From positions 76,490-140,489 of the IMG/VR virus record IMGVR_UViG_3300036715_001290: a stretch of 64,000 nt of DNA; one strand, written 5' to 3'. Each line of letters starts with the position of its first letter. Positions within the stretch are counted from its first letter, which is position 1. This stretch comes from a virus. The notes under the pieces were generated by a model. That model was not told where the DNA came from, did no database searches, and saw nothing but the letters and a program-made list of their open reading frames with translations. Positions 38,259 to 47,437 of this stretch are shown one piece after another. Position numbers and translations under genes: made by a program.

Positions 38259-38332
38259 GCCTGCAAAGTACTGAAGGTAAGTACGCCGCCTCTGTAACGC
38301 GGAACGAGTCAGTTCGATCCTGACTGTGGGCT
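38259..38332 (+). tRNA. tRNA-Thr(TGT)
   Basis: CCGC-C-TCTGTAA-C-GCGG. Confidence 0.7.
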
Positions 38333-38342
38333 CAAAATAAAT

Positions 38343-38417
38343 GCTAATGTAACTCAATTGGATTAGAGTACCGCACTTGTAATGCGGAGGTTAAGAGTTC
38401 GATTCTCTTCATTAGCT
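38343..38417 (+). tRNA. tRNA-Thr(TGT)
   Basis: CCGCA-CTTGTAA-TGCGG. Confidence 0.9.
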
Positions 38418-38436
38418 CAAACATAAAAAGGTTAAA

Positions 38437-38733
38437 ATGAAATCGTTTGATAGAATTGAATTAAGTACTTTAATTGAAAGACATCAATTTCTTTTTAAGG
38501 ATAAAAAACATCATGAATTTTCATTAGGTTTAGCAAAAGATATAATGGATATCTTTAAAGATAATATTTATATTATTGAAAATTGGTTAGAAAATACAAA
38601 TTTAAAGTATCATCCAGAATTGGATATTTTTAAAGATAAATTTGGATATTTAACAACATCTAAAGGTATTGATAATATTCTAAAACATTATTTTTTAGAA
38701 ACTACTGGTTTAACTATTGATGAGATGAAATAA
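38437..38733 (+). CDS. Hypothetical protein
   Basis: 98-aa ORF with AAGG RBS. Confidence 0.6.
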   Translation: MKSFDRIELSTLIERHQFLFKDKKHHEFSLGLAKDIMDIFKDNIYIIENWLENTNLKYHPELDIFKDKFGYLTTSKGIDNILKHYFLETTGLTIDEMK

Positions 38734-38739
38734 AAATAT

Positions 38740-38812
38740 ATCCGTGGAGCTCGACTGGTTGAGCAATTGTCTGATACGCAATAGGTTGTGAGTTCAAATC
38801 TCATCGCGGATA
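38740..38812 (+). tRNA. tRNA-Ile(GAT)
   Basis: ATTGT-CTGATAC-GCAAT. Confidence 0.82.
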
Positions 38813-38818
38813 CTAAAT

Positions 38819-38894
38819 GCCCATATAACCCCCTTCCCTGATATGGAAGATAAAGGTAATGTTGAAAATAAAGGTTCAAGTCCTTTTATGGGTA
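38819..38894 (+). tRNA. Non-canonical tRNA(GAT) lacking a normal D-arm
   Basis: CTTCC-CTGATAT-GGAAG directly after a short linker, with a long region before the T-arm. Confidence 0.6.
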
Positions 38895-38900
38895 CTATAT

Positions 38901-38974
38901 GCTGGGGTAGCATAATCGGTAAATGCATACGGCTTATATCCGTGAGACAGTGTGTTCGAACCACACCTCCAGTA
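38901..38974 (+). tRNA. tRNA-Ile(TAT)
   Basis: TACGG-CTTATAT-CCGTG. Confidence 0.8.
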
Positions 38975-39003
38975 CAAAAAATAGTTATAAAATAAAGATT
39001 CTT

Positions 39004-39782
39004 ATGGAATACACTCAAGAAAAAATTGATGAAATTATCAAAAATATTAACGAAATGAGTCAATATCAAATGGCTTATATATGGAGATTTGCTCCAAGTG
39101 GTAATATATATTTTGATAGTAAGTTACCATTTTTTGAAGTTTTTAATAAACGATTTAATGAACTTGGTGGAATGACACCTGAAATTAGTAAAAGCTTAGG
39201 ATGGAATAAATGAGTGTAACTGTAATTAAACCATGTCCATTTTGTAATAGTACAAACTTACATATGGATTATGAAGGTAATAATTCTAGTGGATTTGATG
39301 AAATTCGATGTAAAGATTGCGGAGCAATTGTAACATTTGGAAAAAAAGGTGACTGTTTCAGAGGTATAGATATTATGCAATGGAATACACGTCCAATTCC
39401 AGTTGCTATTGAATTTGATTTTAATGAAATAATTAAATACTAAGATATTATTATGACAACAAAATATTTAGTAAGAATGTTGGATTATACCAATAAAGAA
39501 AATATTGAAGTATATTTAACACCAACAAAAGAAATACGATTTGATGTAATTGCTGTAACTTTTTATAAAAATGGTGCATATGATGCAAGACCTGCTGATT
39601 ATGATTATCATAATGGTTGGTATGATTATGAACCACCAATTGAGTTAACTGTTGAACAACTTGATTTGGCATTAAAAATTGCAGAATCGGAATTGTTAAA
39701 AGAAATTAAGATAGATGTAAAAAAGAATATTGTTGATGATTTAGTAAAACTAAAAATTGATGATTTAATTTTTTATAAATGA
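39004..39782 (+). CDS. Three small hypothetical ORFs (39004-39213; 39210-39443 Lar-like Zn ribbon; 39453-39782)
   Basis: Coupled ORFs. The second has KPCPFC...C..CG...WNTR, typical of Lar-family Zn ribbons. Confidence 0.6.
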
Positions 39783-39900
39783 TATTAAAAACTGATAGTA
39801 TGGCGGAATAGTAGACGCACTGATAGTATACTATAATAATAAGTAGAACTCGGTTTATTTTTATATAGGTTCATATCCTATTACTATTAAGATTAATGAT

Positions 39901-39980
39901 GCAAGTATGGCGAAATGGTATACGCGGTCCCATATGAGGACTGTCTTACGGCATGTAGGTTCGAGTCCTACTACTTTGCA
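39901..39980 (+). tRNA. Leu-type tRNA body with a non-cognate CATATGA anticodon loop
   Basis: D-arm GGCGAAATGGTATACGC, long variable arm and A73. Confidence 0.55.
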
Positions 39981-40880
39981 CAAATGTTTATATGTTGTAT
40001 CGGTAGCAAACGGGCCGTAACTGGAGCCGGAGATCATGGTTCAATTCCTGATATAAACACTAAGTCCTTATGAACTTCGTAGGCTAAATGTCGATAGTTG
40101 AAATCAGCCTTAAGTTGGAGTTAACAACCAACATGAGCATGTTCAAGTGCATGCTTCCTGAATATAGACAGGACAAATAAATGTCGACTAAGGACTTAAT
40201 TTTAATATGTGGGTATGGTGTAATGGGTAAACATACTGGGCGTTAGCCCGTGAGACGTAGGTTCGAGTCCTGCTATCCTCTGCTTTTTATAAATAACGAG
40301 GCGACAGTACGCGCCTACAATACTAGAAATAGTAAGAGATAAAAAGGTACAAAACATATTTTTTATTTTAATTTAATTATATAGCATAAATGGTAAATGC
40401 ACACAGTCTTAGCATTGTGTAGAGTGGTTCGAGTCCACTATTGTTAGGGATGGCCTGTGTAGGTTCGAGTCCTACTATAATTAAATTATGATATGACTAC
40501 AACAACTGATGGGTAATACTAATATTAATTGGATCATTTTTGCGAATTAATATAATATGTATTTCAATTCAAGAGTAAGCAAATGTGAGGGTTGATGTTG
40601 TAGTTGCTTTTTATGAATGATGATGAGTAACGGAAGAGGGTAGACTCCAATTACATCAATTTAAGTAGATACGCCGATAAACGCTCGTGAGTACGTTACG
40701 CAAGTCGAGCAAAGCCTTAGTCGCACGGATGTAAACCAGCGGTGTTGAAATATACATCTGCATCATTCATAAATAATTAAAATACGCGGGTCGTCTAAAT
40801 TGGCAGTAGGACATTGAACGTTTAGTTCAAAGATCTAAGTTGGATCCTTAGTCTGACGTACATTTTAATTATTAACTAAA

Positions 40881-40909
40881 TTGACATTTGATTTATAAAT
40901 GGTTATATT
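40881..40909 (+). promoter_or_regulatory. Sigma70-type promoter
   Basis: TTGACA-N17-TATATT. Confidence 0.75.
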
Positions 40910-40935
40910 TGTATATAAAAATTAATGGACAATCA

Positions 40936-41358
40936 ATGCAAACATTTCTTCCATATAAATCATTTAACGAATCTGCACAATGTTTAGATTATCGTAGGTT
41001 AGGTAAACAACGTATAGAAGCTAAACAGTTATTACAAATTTTATTAAGTGAAACTGATAAGAAAGGTTGGAGAAATCATCCAGCTTTATTAATGTGGAAA
41101 GGATATGAAAATTCTTTAGCATATTATGGAATGATAATTTGTGAAGAATGGATTCGTAGAGGATATAAAGATAATCAATTAGATTATTTTAAAGAAAGAT
41201 CTAATATTGATAATGTAATATTACCACATTGGTTAGATGACAATTTTACTAAAAGTCATCGCTCAAATTTATTAAGAAAAGATAAAGAATTTTATTCTAA
41301 ATATGGTTGGGATGTTCCTGATGATTTGGAATACATTTGGCCTACAAAAATAAAATAA
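40936..41358 (+). CDS. Pyrimidine-dimer DNA glycosylase-like protein (DenV/MSMEG_6728 type)
   Basis: MQTFLPY, LD.RRLGKQR.E, W.NHPA..MW.G, SHRSNLLRKD and Y.WP. Confidence 0.85.
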   Translation: MQTFLPYKSFNESAQCLDYRRLGKQRIEAKQLLQILLSETDKKGWRNHPALLMWKGYENSLAYYGMIICEEWIRRGYKDNQLDYFKERSNIDNVILPHWLDDNFTKSHRSNLLRKDKEFYSKYGWDVPDDLEYIWPTKIK

Positions 41359-41365
41359 GGTTACT

Positions 41366-41743
41366 ATGAAAAAGTTTCTATATGTAAAGGCAGATACCAA
41401 TGATACCAATGATGCCGATTATGTTACTAGTTTGAATGAAATAGCAGATGAAGATATAAAACTAATGCAGCCTTTATTTGAGGCAATTAAAAGATTTGAA
41501 CTATATGTTGGAAATATAAGAAATTATTCACCCGGGAATCCTTGGACCCATTCTAATAACTTTCCAACAAATGAATGTTGCAGAAAAGATTTAGGTGAAA
41601 AATATGCATCTGAATTATATGCCGATTATAAGGAAGCATTTGAATTGTTTGATGAAGATTATGTTCCCAGTTCTGAATATGGTATACATACTATTGAAGA
41701 AATAAAAGTTTTTGAAGTTGAAAATGTAAGAATATTAGTATAA
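41366..41743 (+). CDS. Hypothetical protein
   Basis: 125-aa ORF, DTNDADY...YGIHTI. Confidence 0.65.
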   Translation: MKKFLYVKADTNDTNDADYVTSLNEIADEDIKLMQPLFEAIKRFELYVGNIRNYSPGNPWTHSNNFPTNECCRKDLGEKYASELYADYKEAFELFDEDYVPSSEYGIHTIEEIKVFEVENVRILV

Positions 41744-41772
41744 CCTAATTCTTCGTTATATTTATATTAAAT

Positions 41773-41857
41773 GCTGATATGGTTGTAATGGTAAACACGG
41801 AGGACTTAAAATCCTCTGGACTTAATGTCCGTAGGGGTTCGAGTCCCCTTATCAGTA
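41773..41857 (+). tRNA. tRNA-Leu(TAA)
   Basis: GAGGA-CTTAAAA-TCCTC with a long variable arm. Confidence 0.88.
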
Positions 41858-41863
41858 CAAAAT

Positions 41864-41947
41864 GGGCGGGTGGCGTAATTGGCAGCCGCATCAGACTTAA
41901 GATCTGATATCCGTAAGGGTGTGAGGGTTCGAGTCCCTCCTCGTCTA
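41864..41947 (+). tRNA. tRNA-Leu(TAA)
   Basis: TCAGA-CTTAAGA-TCTGA. Confidence 0.9.
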
Positions 41948-42056
41948 CTAATATTGTTAGGTGTTACGATAAATAGCATAACTGTTGGCTCATAACATGA
42001 GGTGATGGTAGGAACGGTTCGACTCCGTAGCAATATGAAATTAATAAAGGTTATGT

Positions 42057-42455
42057 ATGAAAACATTAGAACAACTTAAAGAAGAGTATACTAAAAGATT
42101 AATAGTTCCTATTGAAGGGTCTACTAATATTCAATTAGTTACTAAAAGTGGTTTTCCATTTTGTCCTGCTGGTTATAATAGAATTGTAATTGGTGAACGT
42201 GGACCTTATGTTGAGTTTGAAGATGTTTATATGCATAGTGTACATATTCCTGAAGACCAAGAATATAGAACAAATTGTACCTTTAGTAAAGTTTATTATA
42301 TTGAACATCGTACTATTGATGAATCAAATGTAAAAATATATGAGCAATTAAGAACTGTAAATTATGCAGATTATTTAATTGGTAAATTTTACGTATCACC
42401 ATTTGATTTGAAAATTATGGATGGGCCCAATCTTATTGAGTCTATTAAAAAATAA
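42057..42455 (+). CDS. Conserved phage hypothetical protein
   Basis: GYNRIVIGERGPYVEF...IYEQ.RTV.YADY. Confidence 0.7.
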   Translation: MKTLEQLKEEYTKRLIVPIEGSTNIQLVTKSGFPFCPAGYNRIVIGERGPYVEFEDVYMHSVHIPEDQEYRTNCTFSKVYYIEHRTIDESNVKIYEQLRTVNYADYLIGKFYVSPFDLKIMDGPNLIESIKK

Positions 42456-42555
42456 TGTTAGATTATAATAAACTTGATGTTGAATTTTCAAAAGAATTAA
42501 ATAAATGGAGTTATATAAAATTAACTTTATGGATTTTGTTCGATAAATTAAGAAT

Positions 42556-42628
42556 GCTAATGTAGTTGTAATTGGTAAAACGAGTCCTTGGTAAGGATTA
42601 GTAAACGGATCGTAACCGTTCTTTAGCT
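42556..42628 (+). tRNA. tRNA-Thr(GGT)
   Basis: AGTCC-TTGGTAA-GGATT. Confidence 0.78.
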
Positions 42629-42643
42629 CAAAAAAATACATAT

Positions 42644-42717
42644 GCCGAGGTAAGTTAATTGGATAGACGATTAGAATGTGAATCTAATCAGTATGCGTTC
42701 GAACCGCGTCCTCGGTA
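42644..42717 (+). tRNA. tRNA(GTG), His
   Basis: TTAGA-ATGTGAA-TCTAA; lacks an encoded G-1/C73. Confidence 0.7.
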
Positions 42718-42726
42718 CTAAAACAT

Positions 42727-42798
42727 TACTCTATCGTATAATGGTTATTACGCCGTCCTTTGAAGTCGGTTATTATAGTTCGAATCTATATAGAGTAG
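42727..42798 (+). tRNA. tRNA-Gln(TTG)
   Basis: CCGTC-CTTTGAA-GTCGG with U1:A72 and G73. Confidence 0.82.
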
Positions 42799-42804
42799 CA
42801 AAAT

Positions 42805-42888
42805 GCATCTATGGTGTAATAGGTAAACACGATAGTCTAAGAAGCTATTGGGAGCAATCCCGTAAGAGTTCGAGTCTCTTTAGGTGTA
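42805..42888 (+). tRNA. tRNA-Leu(AAG)
   Basis: ATAGT-CTAAGAA-GCTAT with a long variable arm. Confidence 0.85.
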
Positions 42889-42890
42889 CT

Positions 42891-43100
42891 AAATATTTAT
42901 ATGACATGTCGCTGATAATATTTATCAGAGGAACTTTGGGCATATAAAGGATATGTAGGAGATATAGAATCGTTTGTACTACAAGACGTGTATGAAACAT
43001 CAAATGATGAGTTAGCAATCCTTTAACATATCATCAGGTAAGATGGATTAGAAAAATGACATGTTGAAATAACGGAACTCTAAGTATAGTATAAATATTT
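42891..43100 (+). ncRNA. rnpB: Minimal RNase P RNA
   Basis: P1 terminal helix; P2 GACATGTC/GACATGTT; P3 hairpin; CR-I GAGGAACTTTGGG and CR-V AACGGAACTCTAAGTA forming P4; P15 loop with GGT; J18/2-like TAGAAAAATGAC. Confidence 0.75.
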
Positions 43101-43108
43101 AATCTTAG

Positions 43109-43137
43109 TTGACATTTGATATAATAATGGTTATATT
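43109..43137 (+). promoter_or_regulatory. Sigma70-type promoter
   Basis: TTGACA-N17-TATATT. Confidence 0.75.
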
Positions 43138-43156
43138 TGAATATCAATTATTTAAT

Positions 43157-43229
43157 GCGGTAGTAATTCAATTGGTAGAATACCACATTGCCAATGTGGA
43201 GGTTGTCGGTTCGAGACCGGTTTACCGCA
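43157..43229 (+). tRNA. tRNA-Gly(GCC)
   Basis: CCACA-TTGCCAA-TGTGG. Confidence 0.88.
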
Positions 43230-43315
43230 CAACATTAAAGGAAAATATTATGAAGAAACTTTTAGTAAAAGGTATATTTTTTCAGTAAGGTAAAACTAAC
43301 TAAGGAAAAATATAT

Positions 43316-43753
43316 ATGAAGAAAATCAATAAAAAAAATCCAGTAACTGTATGTATTGAATCAAATAATACATACCCAAGATTAATTACTGCAAAATTCA
43401 TTTCATATTCAGATGTTGTATCATTCTTTGTAAAAAGAGGTTATACAAAAGCAAATATTGAAAGATGGATTAAAGATTATAAAAATTCTCATAAATTTTA
43501 TGAGTATAATAAATATGATAAACAAAGTTTTAATGAACAAGCTAAAGTTGTAATTAAAGCTAATTCTCAATGGTATGGTTACAATAGCATATTTATAGAA
43601 GATCCAATTAAAATTGTTGATTCATTTGGTACTAAGATTAATTTTTATTCAACAGTACTAAATGATATAACTAAAAGATCATCTATTGAAAAGGATACTC
43701 AACCTTTTTATGACATGTATCGTGTTAGAGTACGATATTGTAAGAATCGTTAA
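43316..43753 (+). CDS. Hypothetical protein
   Basis: 145-aa ORF. Confidence 0.6.
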   Translation: MKKINKKNPVTVCIESNNTYPRLITAKFISYSDVVSFFVKRGYTKANIERWIKDYKNSHKFYEYNKYDKQSFNEQAKVVIKANSQWYGYNSIFIEDPIKIVDSFGTKINFYSTVLNDITKRSSIEKDTQPFYDMYRVRVRYCKNR

Positions 43754-43773
43754 TATTTATATTATGGATATTT

Positions 43774-43859
43774 GGAAGATCCCATGTGGTGCGGTACTCG
43801 GTCCTGAAAACCGTTAGGACGTTAATAGCGTTGTAAGAGTTCGAATCTCTTATCTTCCT
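43774..43859 (+). tRNA. tRNA-Ser(TGA)
   Basis: CGGT-CCTGAAA-ACCG with a long variable arm. Confidence 0.78.
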
Positions 43860-43866
43860 CTAAAAT

Positions 43867-43951
43867 GCTGGTGTGGTTGTAATGGTAAACACATACGCCT
43901 TAGAAGCGTAGGGGTGATCTGCCCGTGAGAGTTCGAGTCTCTCCATCAGTA
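43867..43951 (+). tRNA. tRNA-Leu(TAG)
   Basis: TACGC-CTTAGAA-GCGTA. Confidence 0.88.
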
Positions 43952-43959
43952 CAAAATAT

Positions 43960-44031
43960 GTGCGTTAAGCTGAAGTGGATAGGTATAGGTCTGCAAAACC
44001 TATGTAGTTGGTTCGAGTCCAACAATGCACT
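43960..44031 (+). tRNA. tRNA-Cys(GCA)
   Basis: TAGGT-CTGCAAA-ACCTA with U73. Confidence 0.88.
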
Positions 44032-44039
44032 CAAAATAT

Positions 44040-44112
44040 GCCCGTGTAGTTCAATGGCTCAGAATGTTAGGTCTACACCCTAATGATAACAGTTCGACTC
44101 TGTTCGCGGGTA
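44040..44112 (+). tRNA. tRNA-Val(TAC)
   Basis: TTAGG-TCTACAC-CCTAA. Confidence 0.82.
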
Positions 44113-44118
44113 CTACAT

Positions 44119-44191
44119 CCCAGTATCGTATAACGGCTTATTATATTGCGCTTCCAACGCAAGGACGTGGTTTCGATTACCACTACTGGGT
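44119..44191 (+). tRNA. tRNA-Gly(TCC)
   Basis: TTGCG-CTTCCAA-CGCAA with U73. Confidence 0.85.
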
Positions 44192-44226
44192 CAAATAAAT
44201 AGTTATTAAATAAAACAAACTAACCT

Positions 44227-44787
44227 ATGAATAAAAGATTAATAATATCAAGATATAATGAAAATTTAGATTGGCTTGATAGAATTAATTTTGATTATCT
44301 TGTTTATAATAAAGGTGAAAATATAAATCTACCATATATTAGATTGGAAAATATAGGTAGAGAAACTGATACATATTTAAGATTTATTATAGAACATTAC
44401 AATAACTTACCAAATTATTTAATATTATGTCAAGGAAATCCATTTACACATCATAGAGATTTTGTAAATGTTGTTAATGAATTTAGTCATAATGATAATT
44501 CCGTTGTTTATTTAAGTGAACATATTGTTAATGATGAACCATATAATCATAATCCTGAAAATGGTGATATAAGATGTGATAAATTATTAGACATACTTAA
44601 CATTCCATATTCTAAAAATAATCTTTTATTTCCAGCAGGAGCTCAATTTATAATACCTAAAGATAAAATAACAAATAAAACTATTGAATTTTGGAAAGAA
44701 TGTTTAAGAGTATGTAATACATATTCTATAATGCCTTGGGTATTTGAAAGAGTATTTCCTATAATATTTGAGTATAATAATGTTTGA
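44227..44787 (+). CDS. DUF3431-type protein (glycosyltransferase-associated)
   Basis: SRYNENLDW, N.GRE..TYL.FI..HY, QGNPF.H, GAQF and PW.FER. Confidence 0.8.
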   Translation: MNKRLIISRYNENLDWLDRINFDYLVYNKGENINLPYIRLENIGRETDTYLRFIIEHYNNLPNYLILCQGNPFTHHRDFVNVVNEFSHNDNSVVYLSEHIVNDEPYNHNPENGDIRCDKLLDILNIPYSKNNLLFPAGAQFIIPKDKITNKTIEFWKECLRVCNTYSIMPWVFERVFPIIFEYNNV

Positions 44788-45889
44788 ATATGATTATCTT
44801 ATTGTAGGTGCAGGACTTTATGGTTCTGTATGTGCAAGAGAATTAACAAATCTAGGATATAAATGTTTAGTTATTGATAAACGTGATCATATTGGTGGCA
44901 ATTGTTATACTTATAAATCAGATGATATTTATGTACATAAATATGGTCCACATATATTTCATACTAATGATATTAGTATTTGGAATTATGTAAATAGATT
45001 CATATCATTTAACAATTTTACTTTAAGAACAAAGGTTAACTATAAGGATAGAATTTATTCATTTCCAATTAATTTAATGTCAATATATCAAATATATGGA
45101 ATTAATAATCCATCAGATGCTATTGAAAAAATTAATGAAGTAAAAATACATAATGATCATCCTGATAATTTAGAAGAATATATTTTATCTCAAGTTGGTA
45201 AAGATCTCTATGAAATTTATATTAAAGGTTATAGTACAAAACAATGGGGAAGATCCCCTAAGGATTTACCTGCAAGTATAGTTAAAAGATTACCAATACG
45301 TTATAATTTTGATGATAGATATTTTGATGACAAATATCAAGGTATACCAATTAATGGTTATACGGAATTGTTTGAATGTTTACTTAATGATATCAGAGTA
45401 ATATTAAATGTAGATTATGATATAGAACATAATCATTTTGATTTATTAGCAAGAAATATAATCTACACTGGACCTATTGATAGATATTATAATTATTGTT
45501 ATGGTGAATTAGAATATAGAACATTAAGATTTGAAAATGAATATCATAATGTTAATGATTATCAAGGTACGGCATTAATTAACTATACTGATGTAAATGT
45601 TCCATATACTAGGATAATAGAACATAAACATTTTATGTTGAATAAATCTATTCATCAAGAAAATCATACTATTATTACTAAAGAATATCCTAAGATTTTT
45701 GAAAAGGAAGATATTCCTTATTATCCAATACCTGATAGTAAAAATAATAAATTATATAATATGTATTTATTAAAATCAAAAGGAAATTCAAATTTATCAT
45801 TTGGTGGTAGAATAGGTGAATATAAATATTATGATATGCATCAGGTTATTGCTTCAGCATTGTCATTCGTAAAGGATATTAGAAAATGA
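44780..45889 (+). CDS. glf: UDP-galactopyranose mutase
   Basis: VGAGL.G, HIGGNCY, HKYGPHIFHT, YQGIP..GY, TRIIEHKHF, PYYP and GR.GEYKYYDM. Confidence 0.95.
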   Translation: MFEYDYLIVGAGLYGSVCARELTNLGYKCLVIDKRDHIGGNCYTYKSDDIYVHKYGPHIFHTNDISIWNYVNRFISFNNFTLRTKVNYKDRIYSFPINLMSIYQIYGINNPSDAIEKINEVKIHNDHPDNLEEYILSQVGKDLYEIYIKGYSTKQWGRSPKDLPASIVKRLPIRYNFDDRYFDDKYQGIPINGYTELFECLLNDIRVILNVDYDIEHNHFDLLARNIIYTGPIDRYYNYCYGELEYRTLRFENEYHNVNDYQGTALINYTDVNVPYTRIIEHKHFMLNKSIHQENHTIITKEYPKIFEKEDIPYYPIPDSKNNKLYNMYLLKSKGNSNLSFGGRIGEYKYYDMHQVIASALSFVKDIRK

Positions 45890-47129
45890 ATATATTAGTT
45901 ATAGGTGTTTTAAGTATACTAATTTATTTTATGATTAGAACAATATTTTGGATATTAATGGCAGTAATGATATCTTATAATTCTAAGGGTAGTAAAACTA
46001 CAATTCAATTTTTATGGTATGATTTTTGGCGCGGTGCTTTCTTTGATAAAAATAACAAAATAATTTACATATGTCCAATTTCAACATGGGTCTTTAAAAT
46101 AGAAATGGAACCAAAATGATAGATGGAATAGGTGATGCATTTGGTAATTTTATAGGTGGATTGGTTACTTTATGTATTATATTTGTACCATTAGGTATAT
46201 GGAAATTTGTTGAAATAATTATATGGCTTTTTACTCATGTTAAAATTAGTTGGTAAAAAATGAAAAATCCAATAAGACCTGAAAAAGTAATACTAACATT
46301 TATAGTTAGGGATATCTCTCCTTTATTATTTTTGAACGATCTTCCAGTAAAAAGAACAATTCAATTAGAATTAACCGAAGAACAATTAAAAAAATTAAAT
46401 CTAAGATGGGTTGGTTTTGATGGTGGTAAAGATGTTTATGAATCACTTGCCGAAGTATTTATGGAAAATATTGAAATGAAATTTACCGAGGTAAATAAAT
46501 GAAAGATGACACTGTTGAATATCCACAAAATATACTTAAAGAAGAAAAAGCAATAGTGAATCAAATCTTTAAAGATGATACTGTTATTTATAATGAGTAT
46601 GATCCAATAGTTTTAAGCGACAGCACGGCAATTCAAATAAAAATATTTACTAATAAATATAGAGTTGGTGATATAGAATTAATTGAAAATGATAGTGCCG
46701 ATGAACTTAGATTTAATCGTTGGGATTTAGCCGCTATTAGATTAATAGACCAACTTGATGGTAATTATAATAGATTATTTTTAACCGCTTTGAAACGAGA
46801 GATTCAAAAAAGATTGGATGATATGAATGGTTGAATTAATTAATAAACATACTAATGAACATATAGTTTTACCAACACCCGATAATAAAATATGTAAGAT
46901 ACTTATTAAAGATAATACGGCTACACCTATTGATTGGAGTAGTGTAGAATTACCTAAAGTAAATTATACTAATAAATTAATATCCGATAATTTGGTATCA
47001 TTACGACCCATGACATATTATAAAGGTAAAGCTTTCCACTTGAATTATAAATATGGATTCTGGGGTAGGTTAAGATGGTTACTTAATAAAATTAAAATTA
47101 TTTTTACAAAAAAGATTAACAAAAAGTAG
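45886..47129 (+). CDS. Run of small hypothetical ORFs (45886-46119, 46260-46502, 46499-46834, 46827-47129)
   Basis: Coupled ORFs; the first is hydrophobic. Confidence 0.55.
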
Positions 47130-47160
47130 TATAAAACAAATACTTGATATATTTATAAAC

Positions 47161-47235
47161 ATGAAAACAAATAAATTCAATCCCAGTAATAAACGCAACT
47201 TTAGCAATCCAAGATGGAATCCTGCTGTGACGTAA
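47161..47235 (+). CDS. Putative leader (attenuator) peptide MKTNKFNPSNKRNFSNPRWNPAVT
   Basis: 24-codon ORF immediately after an ATATTTATA element and 25 nt before a strong terminator. Confidence 0.6.
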   Translation: MKTNKFNPSNKRNFSNPRWNPAVT

Positions 47236-47260
47236 CTATGTACTTTCAATTTATTTGAAG

Positions 47261-47301
47261 AAGCTGCTAAATACGTCATGGAATTATTTAGCAGCTTTTT
47301 T
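47261..47301 (+). terminator. Rho-independent terminator (candidate attenuator)
   Basis: 13-bp stem AAGCTGCTAAATA/TATTTAGCAGCTT followed by a T-tract. Confidence 0.85.
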
Positions 47302-47437
47302 AGTTTTTGTTTTATGTTCTTTATAAATGCATCAATAATTGGTCTATGGTTTATATCAGTCTAATAGGTTAAACACTTGCTAGCATCATCTAAAGCATCA
47401 ATTTTATGCAAATAACACTTATTTTGGGTTATTTATT

